Shown piece after piece: positions 1-12,800 of a stretch of DNA of 64,000 nt. The notes under the pieces were generated by a model, which was not told the origin of the DNA, ran no database searches, and worked only from the letters and a program-made list of their open reading frames with translations. Every line of letters begins with the position of its first letter. Within the stretch, counting starts at the first letter, position 1. The translations under genes and the position numbers were made by a program. Origin of the DNA: Neoechinorhynchus agilis (taxonomy: Eukaryota > Animalia > Acanthocephala); NCBI GenBank assembly GCA_051530055.1, contig CM121342.1:10679480-10743479 (forward strand). The letters run 5' to 3'.

Positions 1-690
1 AGCATCGTGATGTTCGGGAGTAGATGGTGGATTTCATTTTCCACATTTGAATCAAAAACGCAGCTCCCTAGAAGACTCAGCCGGTCTAGAGTTATCAAGA
101 AACTTTCCTCGAAGGATACGAGGCGTATTTTGATTACCGCAGTGAGGGACGCCTCCGAACTATCGCCAGCGGAAAGTACTGGTCTGGGGAAAGCAAAGAG
201 CCGTATCCAAGAGGAGTCTGAATTTTGCTCGAAGCAGTCCAGCAGAGGTGTGGTGAATCCTTTAGCTACTAGATATCGTGCGCCCTTTGGGATCCGTTTC
301 AGAATGTTTCTGGAAAGAACACGCACGCGATCAGCAGCGGAAGGAAGACTCCCGGCGTCATCGGGGAGCGTCGACGGATTTTTTGGTGTTGCAGGTTGAA
401 GCGATCGCGGGATTTGACCAGATCCCCAACAACGTGATTTTGACGGCCCATGAATGCGCAAAACCCCCAATTTCGCGATTGAAAAAGAATCTAAACAAAC
501 GGGCGGTGTCCAGGTAGCGTTGGGCGTTTCTTTGGTCTTTTCATTTGGCTCGCTTCGCTCGGGTACGGCATCGGTGTCGCCGGTGGTGGAGGCGGCATCG
601 CGGAATATCGCTGATGACCGATGCACCAAGCAGGTTTCGGAATTAATTCTCAAACAATGCACTCACACTGTTAGGGGAAATTATTAAAAT
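1..690 (-). mobile_element. CRE-like (RLE-type) non-LTR retrotransposon fragment, internally deleted
   Basis: The minus strand reads NILKRIPKGARYLVAKG...NSDSSWIRLFAF (pre-RT region typical of CRE-like ORFs), joined near position 170 to RLSLLGSCVFDSNVENEI. The latter matches the post-RT region of the CRE copy at ~38560-38610. The RT core is missing. Confidence 0.7.
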
Positions 691-699
691 CAAAAATCT

Positions 700-3600
700 T
701 TTTAATCGATTATTTTGAGCGTAAATTTTTGCTATGAACAGTATTAAAAAATTAAATGTCCCAAGGCCTCACCGAAAAGTCACCATTTTTAGACTTCGAG
801 AGCAAAGCAGATTTTTCTTTAGGTTTAATTAATAAGATGATTTAATCGCAAAGAGAACCTTTGGGTACAGAAGATGCATAGGTACTGCCAATGGAGGTTC
901 TTCATCCTATTTGTTCAAGTTCGTCCAATTGAGTGTATTGTGGGCCTAGTGCGTTGAGTGTATCCAATCGAAGGGGGTCTTGCTCAAAGTCTCCAGGAAG
1001 GTGCTAACGAATTTGGGTCTTTGTTTAGGGGGACGTCCTCTTGAGTGGCTTGATTATCTAAACCTAAGTTACGTGCTCTAATTGCCTTCGCTTTAGCCGT
1101 TTTCAGTAGACGTTTGAACTTACTCACGTCAAATTCAATACTGAGATTACATGCAAAAGTGTAGCCAAGAATTGTTATTTCGAGTGAAATTTAGTGCCAA
1201 ATTCAGATGAAAAAAGCTGCTATAGAATTCCCGCTATCGACGTTTCCCAACAACCTACTTCGATTTGAGAATAAATTGTGTTTTTTGAGGGTTGAGGGTG
1301 AAACCCATTTGACGTAGAATAGGGTTGAGCCAGATAAATAATTCATGTAGTTTCTCTGGCCGATAGTTGGGTTCTTTTATTACAACCGTAATGTCATCGG
1401 CATAAACAGTGACGTCTTTACACACTTTACAGTTATGAAATATGAACTGTGAGGCTAAACAAAATAAGATCGGGGAAAGTGGTGACCCTTGTGGAACACC
1501 TCTCGTTTGAAAATAAATAGTACGAGAGAGATAGTCTTGGAAGAAGAATCGTTTTGAGCACAGAGAATTGTAGATTCTTAAAATAAGAATATATGGGAAG
1601 TGGAAGTATTTTAGAATGTGTGTAATGAATTCAATATTTATAAAATCTAATGCTTTAAAAATATCAAACGAAATCAAAATATTCATTAATTTCTAATAAT
1701 TATTAAAAATTTGACACAATCTCCGAAATTGCCGAGTGCACTGACCTATTCGATAAGAAACCATGACATCTCGGGTCTATGCAGTTATTGTCCAAAGCAA
1801 ATCGAAAAACTAGTTTGGCTAGGACGCGTTCATAGATCTAAACAAGAGAGTTCTGAATCGAAATGGGTCTAACGTCCCCTCCAGAGGCCACCTTCCTGCG
1901 CTTCTTCGTTAGGAAGATCCTTTTTACAAAATTGATTTCTGTCCACCTCCGGTGGAGCGTAAGTGAAGACCTGTGACATACCTGTTTAATTCTCTCGTGA
2001 AATCCAATTTATGGCCTTAAAACAGGCTGGCGATCCATTATTTGAGATTTTATCTTTTGAATTCCAATAGCTAACAATATGGAGAGATTTGCCCAGAATT
2101 CGGCATCAACAGGGTTGCCTTAACTCTTTGCTAACATAAGATTCCTTCCATATAAGCGGAGTAATCCAGGAGAATCGGAGTCAGTTCTCGTTCTTGCCAT
2201 CGATGTGAGAAAGTCACTACTTGATGTAATTAAAAATTGATTAATATCAGCGAGAGGCGAAGTATTTTGCGTAAAGAAAAACCTGAGCGCCATATTAAAT
2301 AATTGAACGTCAAGCAACCCCATTTTGAATTTTCTATTTAACAATTGGTTCCGTTCGAGATCGCAACCAATCATGTTCAGCTCGGCGGAAAAAGGCATTC
2401 TTAGTAATGGCTTAAGGTTTGAGTGGGCAACCTTTCCTCCACTGGCAGAGATCATAATATGAAGATTCCGAAGAAGATTGAAAGGTGGGAAAATCTTTGG
2501 ACAGGATTTCTAGTGAGTCGCAAGTTGAGGTCACTGCAGTTTGCCATTTTTGGGAGGAGTCACTGAAATCACCATAAATAAAATCTATTTCTGAATTAAG
2601 AATATTCTTTAGACAGTTTTTTATTTCTGTCAAATATATTTTCCGAGGTGGTCTGATATAGTCATTACAGGCGAGGTTTCCGTTGAATTTAAAGAAGATT
2701 CAGTATGAAAGATTGAGAGACAGATGGCGTTCAGAGATGTGGGAAATATGGATAGCAGTCCTTGAGAGGGATTCGAATAGGGTGGCGTAATAAAAGAAGA
2801 ATGATCTTTCAATAAAAACTGAATATTACCCCGGAAGGTTATTCGTAGACTAGAGATTTGGTCTCTTGGTTAAAGCAGATGTCAAAGCTGGTAATCTGAG
2901 AAATCAGGCGCCTAAACCCCACTGAGCCCCCTGCGTTCCATTGCACCAGCCTGAGACTCATTGCAATCTGCCCCTTTGGATGAGATTGTGAACACCTTCT
3001 ACGCAAATCTGCTTCTGTTCCTCAATCACTTGCTTTACATAAGCTTCTACATCGTTGGCTTTGAACGATTTGTTCTGAGGATCGTCCTCCAAGGAGGAGT
3101 GTTGATGATATCGTTTAGCTGGCGAAGATTTCGCATTAAGAGTCATGGAAAGCTTGCCTAGGATATAATATTTTCAATTGAACATTGCTTGGTGGTTTTC
3201 TCGGTCATAATGATGAGTGGTGGTCCTGAGCGCAAAAAGCATCGTCTTTTTTTTGAGGGACATTTTTGATCCGAGTGACCCAATTTTTAAGGTTAATGTT
3301 GCAACGTGGAAATACGTATTCGTCCTGCGCTGATATCTGATGAGCAAAAAATCGAAGTCCGTTGATTGGAAGAATTACGTAGATGTCGTCAAATCATATC
3401 GCGTATATGAATCGGAGCCTTAATGACGGCTCAAGGAATCGGTTTGCTCGTTTTGGTTGATTTTAGAAAGAATAAGATGGAACATCCGAACTTGTTCGAG
3501 AAATTGCGGCGATCCTCTGCGTCAATGTTTGGAGGTAAGTCGCCCGAAATGATAAATGTCGAGTAGAAACCTGAGTCCGACACTGTGAGATCCGGTTATC

Positions 3601-4091
3601 ACCAAATCGTATGATGAATTCTCTATAGTGTTGAAGGAATTCGTACGATACAAAGTTGATCTTCCTGAGGTTCCTCCGAAGTATTATATCGAGTGACTAC
3701 GATGACACTCGTCTTCAAGGGTATTGATCCACGGAGGAACATATAATTTGTGCATCCCATCCCTTGGATGGATGGATTTCGATTGCTGGGAAATCGTATA
3801 CGGCCATTTTCTAATTGGTTATTCAATGAATTGGTGACTGTTCCAGAGATGAAAATCCTCCTTTGTTTGTTGATGGTTTGTGCAAGAATCTTTGAAATCT
3901 ACACATAAGTTGGAGTTTGTGGGTTGCGTGTGAAATGCTTTTAGTTTAATTGACTTTATGATACGAATTTGCGCTTTGTAATTTTATTGATTTGATTGCA
4001 GTTTTTAAATGCGGCAAGGCGATTGCTTTGTTACAATTCCGAATTTGCGCAACACATAAAAAATGTATTGTTCATTGTTTTTAACTTATAA
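700..4091 (-). mobile_element. AT-rich LINE, family G, near full length and decayed (ORF1 zinc knuckles ~3150-3330, APE ~2400-2800, RT 1255-1900)
   Basis: RT motifs GVPQGSPLSPILF and VYADDI lie in ORF 1255-1686. Frameshifted CCHC-like residues lie upstream. The 5' end (ttaacttataa) is identical to the copy ending at 41354, with different flanks. Confidence 0.85.
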
Positions 4092-4129
4092 AATTTGAAC
4101 GCCTCCCGCGAATCGAATAACTTTTATTT

Positions 4130-6474
4130 TAATTCTTTTTTCTTAAACCCTTAATACTTTCAATTTTTTTATTAAGATTAATGTCCTTGAAGTGCCGTAA
4201 ACATGAAATTGTTATAGGTCGACTTTATGAGCGTTAAAAGAAAAAACATGCAGTAGTTTAAAATGTAATCCTACGAAGGATATCACTAAACATTATGGGT
4301 TATGTTTTTTGGGTGAAAATGTTTCAAAAATCGGACAACCTAAAAATTAAGTTTGAGGCAAATCATTTAATTTTATCATTCATTATTACTGTTGGGTGAA
4401 ACGTCTGGGTGTCCGCACAAAACAAATTTAATTTTATGCATCATTAGAATACGAGCGACGTATTTCGACTTTCTCCGTTCGTGATTTACGTTGGCTTAAA
4501 ACAAGAACTTCAATTTTCCAGAACTTTTGAAAGATTGAAAAAGGTCTCCAAAGTTGTCCATTGGTTATTGTTTTTCCGGTAACAATTTGTTTTCTTGTCC
4601 ACAGACTCAAAGAGTTATATTGTATTTTTGATAAAACCAAAAGGATGCCTTGTTACCTTGAAACATATCATCTAACCAACACGAGTTTAGGAGTAAAGAC
4701 AAATTCTCCTGAACGATTTGTTAATGGAAGCTTTTTCCGCTATTTTATCGTTAGACCACTGACGGCTGTTGGTTGGATTTTCTAATTGTCGCTATGATTT
4801 TAATTATGATTCTTTTACACGCTAAACACGAAAATCGAATTCATCTTTATTTCGATAAAAATGTCTTGTTGCCATTCTACCCACTAACTAATGATTTTGG
4901 TTCCACTGAACTTCCAAGGGTATTTTTAACTTTTGCATACACTGGTTCAATTAATTCTTTATGTTTTTTGTTTGCCACATGATTAATCATCTTTTCTAAT
5001 ATTTCAATGATTTGTGACGCTTGAACTTCTTCAGCCGTTATTTCCTTTGCCATGATTTCCTGGAACATTCGACGAATCCAGTCTAGATTCCATATACTGT
5101 AATCCTTATGAAGTCCAATACGCAATCCTCTGCAATAAAAGGACAAATCGTGATTGATTGGTTTAAGCGATTCTTGGGTCCTTTCAGTGGCCTCCGAACT
5201 TTTCTCACTGTGCGATGATCCTGCACATTTAACAAGCTTCTTTTTTCTGGGAAATGATTTCCTGGCTTCACAATTAAAGACGTATTTCCGGCGCTTTGGG
5301 GCAGCTATAACGACTTCCTTCCGATCCAATGATTCAGACATTTTCGCTGATTTGTCGTTGACGCTTTCGGCAGCGCTAGGTTCTTCGCTCATTGGAAATG
5401 TGCGCTTTCTCTTCAGCGAGGCTTTCAACTCCTCAGAACTTTTTGCTGCGTCTAATCTTGCCTCTCGGATTGTTTCGCCGAATTTGTCGGCCAATTTCTG
5501 TATGAGGTATTTATACCGAATGTTTTTTGTATTATTGTTCATCTGCAACAACATCGGAACTACTCCTGAGCGCTGGATTTCCTCCGCGGAGAATTCTCCA
5601 TAGATCATTTCTCCAAATACTCGACATACCCAATCTCCGCTGATTATTGTAAAATTTTTGTCAATGCCGAAAGAGAGTTTATAGGCAATTTCTCCAAGCA
5701 TTCCATTCTGCGTCGACGTTTCTCCTCTTAAATTATCCTTTTTGATTTTTTCTTTCATTAATATTTTATCTTTATTGTTTACCGGCTTTCTGCTGATTTC
5801 AGCCGAGCCTTTAGAAATCTTTTCATCACCACCTTTAGCCTTTGAGTCAGCCTTTATTTGCCATTCACTGATGTTTGAGGATAATTGGACTTTAACTTCA
5901 TGACCCGTATCCTGTGCCGGACGTTTGATTTCTGTATTTTCGAATGATTGTGAATTTTTTCTTTTGCGGTTCGCTACATTTTTATCTTCGGTTGAAGCTT
6001 TCGTCATATCTGGAGCTGATTGAACATTCGGAGGTCGAGTTCTCGTTTCGTCTTCTTTGCCGATATTGGTTTCTTGAGCCTTGTTCATCGATATTACTTT
6101 TATGGGAGTGATATGATCTAAGTTTGCATCATTCACGTTGCGCTTTTGAGACGGGAAATCACATTGTGTTTGTGTTTTCTCAATAGTACATATTTACTTG
6201 ATTTTCCATGTTTATTGAATTGACAAATAATAGAAATACTAATTACAAAAATAATTTAAAGCTCAAGACGCTAAAAAACAATTCGAAACGTTTGCATAGA
6301 AAAAATAGATTCTTTATCACAATGTTATCCTGTGGACTAAATAAGCTCGGGCAACGGTTGCGCCTTTGTCCACTTGAGCACCATTTAAAGCGTACCACTG
6401 TTTTCCCAATGAAAATTTAAAATTAATTCTTGCTTTATTATTGAGTCCATCGGTTAAACTGAACGAAGCGATTA
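4130..6474 (-). repeat. Copy 1 of the repeat unit carrying the double-domain ORF
   Basis: Closely matches 30920-33100, 33875-36052 and (inverted, partial) 42655-43420. Confidence 0.9.
4877..6136 (-). CDS. Unknown basic protein (419 aa from GTG; ~403 aa from ATG at 6088) with two internal ~78-aa helical repeats resembling LEDGF-IBD/TFIIS-N fold
   Basis: Longest intact ORF of a 4-copy repeat unit. aa154-218 align ungapped to aa338-402 (about 23/65 identical by manual count). NLS-like RKRK, KRKR and KRRK motifs lie in disordered segments. An AATAAA follows the stop on the minus strand. Confidence 0.7.
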   Translation of the reverse strand: MNDANLDHITPIKVISMNKAQETNIGKEDETRTRPPNVQSAPDMTKASTEDKNVANRKRKNSQSFENTEIKRPAQDTGHEVKVQLSSNISEWQIKADSKAKGGDEKISKGSAEISRKPVNNKDKILMKEKIKKDNLRGETSTQNGMLGEIAYKLSFGIDKNFTIISGDWVCRVFGEMIYGEFSAEEIQRSGVVPMLLQMNNNTKNIRYKYLIQKLADKFGETIREARLDAAKSSEELKASLKRKRTFPMSEEPSAAESVNDKSAKMSESLDRKEVVIAAPKRRKYVFNCEARKSFPRKKKLVKCAGSSHSEKSSEATERTQESLKPINHDLSFYCRGLRIGLHKDYSIWNLDWIRRMFQEIMAKEITAEEVQASQIIEILEKMINHVANKKHKELIEPVYAKVKNTLGSSVEPKSLVSG

Positions 6475-9400
6475 TATATATAACGGCGTGTACAAAATGT
6501 TTCTCGATATATCCTAATTTTTATCCGAATTTCGGTTGCAAATGTTTTAGGTAGTTGTTTTTGTTTTTCCCTCTCTCCATCAGCTTTATGATCGATCTCA
6601 AGATCCAGCCACGTGTTAGAGAGTGAAGAACTAAAACCTTTTCATATAAGGACTCCATTTTTGTCGATTGATTATGAATGTGTCGTCAGGTTTTTAATAA
6701 TAAGCTTTTTCTATCCTTCTTTTTCATGTCTTTCATCGGTTCTTTTAACCAATTTGTTTCTTCAATCTTTAGACGTGACATTCCGTGTGTGTATTCAAAG
6801 TAGTAATTTCCTTGCTCTATTTGTATTCGTGCTTTTTTCTCGCTTCAAGTTGCGACATGCTTCATATATAAAACCTCTATCTATAGCATCAAACGCTCTG
6901 CTAATATCTAATTGTACTACTGCTTTGTGCACCTTTGAGTGAGTACTGTTCAATCTATGAAGTTCTATCGATAAAGTGTTCACGCTTTTGCCCTTTATAA
7001 AACCATGAAAGATATTTGGGATCTTTTTTTTTCGATAATAAATCCATAAGGTATTATTCAAGCACCTTTCCATAATAGAAATAACTGGGTTTTGAATTGC
7101 GATTAAACGCACCTCCGTTAGAGACATTATTCTGTTCTTATTTTTTGGAATTATCATCTTCTTCACTATGTTAAATTTCATTAGTTCAAAAAAGGACATG
7201 TCCTTATCCATTTTGGTCCAAAATAAAACTTTATTTCGTTCATCTAGCATATCCATTACCTTGGGAGAGACATCTTTTCCATTCATGGCCAAAGAGGAGT
7301 TGCCCTTCCAACTTTTAAGTACCTGTTCTATATTTATATCCCCGAAGGAACATTTTTCCTTCTCAGTCCATATGTATGGGTTTTTTTGCCCCCAATATAT
7401 GGTATAATAAAATCCGTTCTATTACATTAGTGTATGAAATTTCCCCTATCCGAGAGGCTGCTTTCATTTTCCAGTCAGTTCTCCTTTTCTTTAAAATTGT
7501 GTCCCAGAATTTTTTCTTCAGAATGCCTGAAAGTGATAGATTTAATCTATCTTTTTCTATACTCTCCTAATATAAATTTTTATAAAATTTCCCCATCCAG
7601 TACTGAGAACCCAGAGAATCTCCGTTGGCTTCGCAAATTCGTGCCATGCGGTAGTTCGCTGCATTTGGTCCAAAAGCACGATTACTCCTAACTGGCCTAA
7701 CAGTAATTTGTAATTTTTTTTTGCAGCAATCGATACCATGCTATTAAATGCCCCCATAGAAACCATACCTTTATCATTTAACAGAGATGATAGGGTTTCA
7801 TTAAAAAGCTTAATGGCCACAGGACTATAAAAATCGACTTTTGTTCTCAGTCCATAGGAACCTAGAATATATATTAGCATGTCATGGCCCATTTTTTTGT
7901 TATCAAAAAATTGTCCGGTAACATTTGCCACCAAGTTTAATTCCTTCCTGGAGAACATGAGGTCTAAATAAGAGTGAGAGTTTTTCGAGTGGAAGGTGGG
8001 TGAGCTCGACATATGAACGTTATAGTTCGAAGACCAGTGATTCAGTGCCACCGCCCCATTTGAGTTAAAGTCCCCTAGTATCAAGTCCGGTTTCCATTCT
8101 AGCAACCATTTCTCTACGTTTTTTTTGAAGAAAGATATTTTTTGGGAGCTATATATAAGTTGCCTACAATGAGACTAGCCAGATTAAATCCTTCTTCCTT
8201 TAAAAAATTACTTATCGAAATTATTTGGATTGCATAGTTTACGGTTTTGGATTGCACTAATAATTTTGGACAGAGGGACTTATGAACCGTTGTTTGTAAT
8301 CCTCCCGAGAAACCCATTTTATTATTAGGGCATTACCGTTATTTATAGGTGCTAATACTACAGTAATGTAATCCAAGTTTTCAATCAGGGATTGTTGTCC
8401 TGTCTCCTGCATACAAAATTTTTTCGTAGAGTCCCAATTTATCGCCTGTTTCAAGAAATTAGATAATGTTGAAATTTTCGAAACATTATATGTTATAATA
8501 TTAAAATTATGACTTAGGTAATTTATGGGCCTTATCATATTAAATTTTGTTTGATAATGAGGTTTTCCCCCTTTTACCTCCCGTGATTCCATTTCTATTT
8601 GATATTATGCTTCCTCCTCTGCTCTTTTTTGTAATTTGCTTTTCTGGTTGCGCCACCTTTCCACTGTTACCAGATGTAATTACTATTTCCTCTATGTCTG
8701 AACTTGATTCTGATGAAACTTCACTGCCCCCTCGCCCTCCGCAGTTGGGGCAACACTGTCTATTAATGCTACTACATTGTTCCTTACCGTGGTTTTCTGA
8801 GCAAAACACACATTTGATTTCGTTATTGCACTCCCAGGTTCTGTGCCCTTTTGGCATTGGGTTAGAATGAAATCATGTATTGATGTTTTATTTTGACTTG
8901 AAAATTCTATCCAGTAAGCCAAAAACGGAAAATTGCGTCCTTTAATTTTATTAATCGTGTCTTGGGTTCCCGCAACTAAAATCGCATATGGATCCATTGT
9001 TGGATTTTTTCTTAAATATTTAATTGGGTCAACGCCAAACACTTTTTTTATCTCCTGGAACTCTTCCTTACTGAGGTCTGGAGGTGGATTAAGCATAGGA
9101 ATAGTAGATCCCCGAGATATATCGTCAAATGTAATTTTCTTTTCCTCAAAAATTCCTTTAAAACTTTTTAAGCCATCCATTCCGAAGAAAAAAATCAAAA
9201 CTACCCATTTGGTGTTCACCACATTTTTAATTTGGAATACCAGCTGTTTCGTAAGCTTACTAGGTTCTAAGAACTTTTTATAAGATTCCTTTATTAGACA
9301 GTTTATCGTTAAATTTCCCAATCCTCTTTTAGTCTAGGCAATCTCTGGAATGCTGTTCCCATCCTCAAGTTACCCAAATCATGGTGGGGCCGAAAAACCA

Positions 9401-9811
9401 TTATTATTGAGACCCACTGTTTCATATTCACCCCTTTGCCGACTGTAGACTTGGTGGGGGTCCGCAAAAACGTTATCCGTCATAACCACCTCATCTTCTT
9501 TATTTTCTGAGCAGTTTTCCTTCAGATTCCTTCTTTGGTGGTGGGCCAGAAAAACACTATCATTAATAACCACCTTTTTCTCCGGGTAACGTGGATATCG
9601 CACACACTCATAACTAACCTAAGCAGGATCTTCATCCACTTCCATTCCTCTTTCTATAGAAGGTTCCTTCGCATTATCATAATCAACCTCCATCTGACCC
9701 CCTCCTCGGTCATCCGGAGGATCGGGGTCCCATAAATCTCGATCATTCGAACTTTGTGTCAGAGCGCAGTTTTTTTAACAAAGAATTGCGCGACATGTGA
9801 TTATTGTACCC
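6475..9811 (-). mobile_element. AT-rich LINE, family A, internally deleted
   Basis: ORF1 8692-9321 plus CCHC knuckles 8540-8857. APE 7557-8317 (LGDFNS, YLDLMF). RT N-half 6795-7292 (HGFIKGKS, QLDISRAFD); no QG/YADD half is seen. Probable ~9-bp TSD aagcgatta (6466-6474) / aggcgatta (9813-9821). (TA)n tail. Confidence 0.85.
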
Positions 9812-9827
9812 AAGGCGATTAAGTAAA

Positions 9828-12800
9828 GACACACACAAACTGTGAATCATTTAGAACGAAAAAAAACCGTGCGCTATTTTTTGTTTAATTTTGCGCTCTG
9901 ATAAAATCAAAGAAACAGCCTAGTAAGCAGCCGATATCTTCTAGTATATTGGAAGATATGGCCACTACACTTTCCGGTTCAAGTTTTCCTCTGGTTTCGG
10001 ACGTAGTTATTTCCCACACGTGTGATTGTCAGGTTAGGATTTATTGTGCCCCAGTTTCTAACATTATTAAACGTCCAACCAAGAAGGATGATTTTGCTGT
10101 GAAGATCTCAAAGGAAGCTTTGGGTACCAGATCACCTGCTGAGCTTACACGAACCTATTTTTCACGTTATTTGGTCATTGGCGGCAAAGCGTCTCTTAGG
10201 CATTTCAACATCAAGAGGTTATTCGCTGCCAAGTTTCATATTATCTTCTGCTTTTTCAATGCGGAAGGGAGGGACTTATTTTTCAAAATGTTGACGGGCT
10301 TGGATATTACGTTTGTTTATCTTTCAAGAAGGGTGACCATTAGAATGTTTAATGCGCCTCAAGAACTGGATGCAGAAGGTTTTCGATTGGTAGAGAAGGA
10401 ATTAGGTGTGAAACCGATAAAATACCTATTCAGTCCAAATTCGGTTTCAGCATATTCACTTCTTTGTTCTGCCCCGGTGGAGACTGCAGACATATTGGCT
10501 TCCTCAGGTCGTGCTATCATGTCACACTGGGTGACCTTCTCCAGGTATCAGGAGTCAATTTACGACTTCAACCTGACTATATGCCAAAAATGCTCTGTAT
10601 GGGGACATACGGAATCAGGCTGCAAGTCTTCGCCGAGATGCATCTTTTGCGCTGGCTCCCACCATAAAAGGGACCGTAAGGCACAGGATAATCCTCTCTG
10701 CGCGAATTGTGGAAAGAGACACCCAGCCTTTGCTAGGAAGTGCAAGTCTCACACAATCCTTCATGGATACAGAGAATAGTAAGGGATGGGCTACTTACAA
10801 TCCTCATCCAGTTCACAGTGCTGACAACACTAAACAATCTGTTCGTAAGAAAGTGCAGCCTTGTATCTTGGAGGACATTTCACCCTTCCCTACTGACTCT
10901 ATTACTATATCCCACTCATCATCCCAAATGAGTTTAAACTTTGAAAACGAATTCTCTTAAAATCCATGCTTGCGTGGATTGTTGAGGGACTGACAAATCC
11001 GGATTTTGCTTCTCTTGCAAATGGACTATCCTTACAAGAAAATACCTCATTTAATAAAATTAGGGAAATGATTAATTTCTCTTCTACGAAAAGACAAATC
11101 TCACCATACTCTAGAGAATTGGACGAATCAAATCCAAAACGTAACAGATCTTAATATAACGGCAGAGCCTCTATGGACCCCTGACTCAAATTTTTCTTTT
11201 ATAACACATAATGCCTCTAGAGCATATAAACTTCCCACTCACCTTTCTGACTGTATAAACTCTTCTTATACGGATCTTCTCTTTTTTTCCAGAAACTGGT
11301 CCATTATCCAAACTATAAGTGCTTTCTCTTATCTCCACGTTTTACTAATCCCTCATCTAGTATAGGATTTTCCGGCGGACTTCAACTTTTTATCCTGGAT
11401 TAGTATGCCCCGAGCTGCTCTTTCAGGAGAAGAACGAGATCTTTGCGATCCAGATCGTGTCTATTAAAAACGCTCTATACGGCTCCTTCTCACCCTCTAA
11501 TCTCCATTTAACGATATGCAATCTCTATATTCAACCCAAGAAAGTTAACTCTTTTACCAAAATGTATATTAACTTCTTATTATTTTGAGATCCCGACTTT
11601 TTAGTTGGGGACTTCAATACTAATTTTTTCTCAGGCCTCAGACCGTTCTTTAAATCTCAAGACTTTTTATTACCTAAATTTCCATCTTTTCATAACTTTA
11701 GTTCAAACAGGCACTCCTTTTTGGATGGTGCAATTCTTAAAAAGAACTTTCCGTTACTCTTTTATCCCTCTCATTAATTACAGGTCCAGTATCTCCTGGG
11801 ACATGGTTTTATTTTATTTCAATCCAACGGACTCTCACTTAGAGATTTTATTATTTTAAATGACATATCCATACGAAATTTTAATAATGAACTTAGTTCC
11901 TTGTTCTCTAAAAGGAACTTGATTTCTTTTAGCATCTTTAACGACCTCATTTTACTTTCTGTAAAGAAACATCTTATCACTCAATCTTACATTAAGCGTC
12001 CTCCTGTATGTAGGACTGCAAATATTTTTTATAAAAAAGCAATCATTGCTAATCTTTTTAATAACAAAACTCTTCATGATTTCCTCATGAAGAAATTTTA
12101 CACTGAAAAATTCTTCTTTCAGATTGAACAGGAGACGAAAACCCTAGTGAATCTCAAACTTTTTGGCAAAGGTTTTTTGTCGACCATTTTAAACAAAAAA
12201 CCATCTTGTTGGAGAGCAAAGGCTGCCAATTGGATTGATTCAATTTCTTATCCCAAGGTGATTGAGGAAATTTTAAATGCGCATACATTCTCGGCTAACG
12301 CAGCCCCTCCTCTTCCCATTTTTAATAAAAAATTATTCTCTTGGAACTTAGAAATTAATTTTCTATTGGAATCGTGTAGATATCACGGTTCCGTGTCTAA
12401 TAATTCAATGAGCTGCTCCCCGAAAATCTTCGCTGCTATTAGCGAAGAGATTAAATGTTTATTCTTTTCAAAATTAAAATTTACAAAACTAGATTTTGAT
12501 GATCTTCTTCATATTAATATAGTGAAGAAAGTCTTTTTACCGAAAACCAAGGGTATTATTTCAAAACCGGCTCATATTAGAGTAATTTTAATTCAGAATC
12601 CTATAATCTCCTGCGTAGAAAGAGTTGTAAATTGACTTTTATACACGTTTTGGGAAACTAAGAAGCTTATTCCTTCTTACTTCCATGGTTTTATCAAAGG
12701 TAAAGGCGTTAACACCTTACTTGATTCCCTTAACTGTATGAACAATATTAAATTTGTTCAAAAAATTCTTATTCAGCTTGACCTGAACAAAGCATTTGAT

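Noticed and set aside
3330-3360. ctgatgag in family G as a hammerhead core
   Set aside because: There is no stem II or GAAA in register, and it lies within ORF1 coding sequence.
6149-6215. 19-nt GT-AG intron giving an upstream ATG (MENQ...) for the double-domain ORF
   Set aside because: It restores frame, but the GAG acceptor is poor and copies 2 and 3 carry an in-frame TGA before the internal ATG. It is probably chance.
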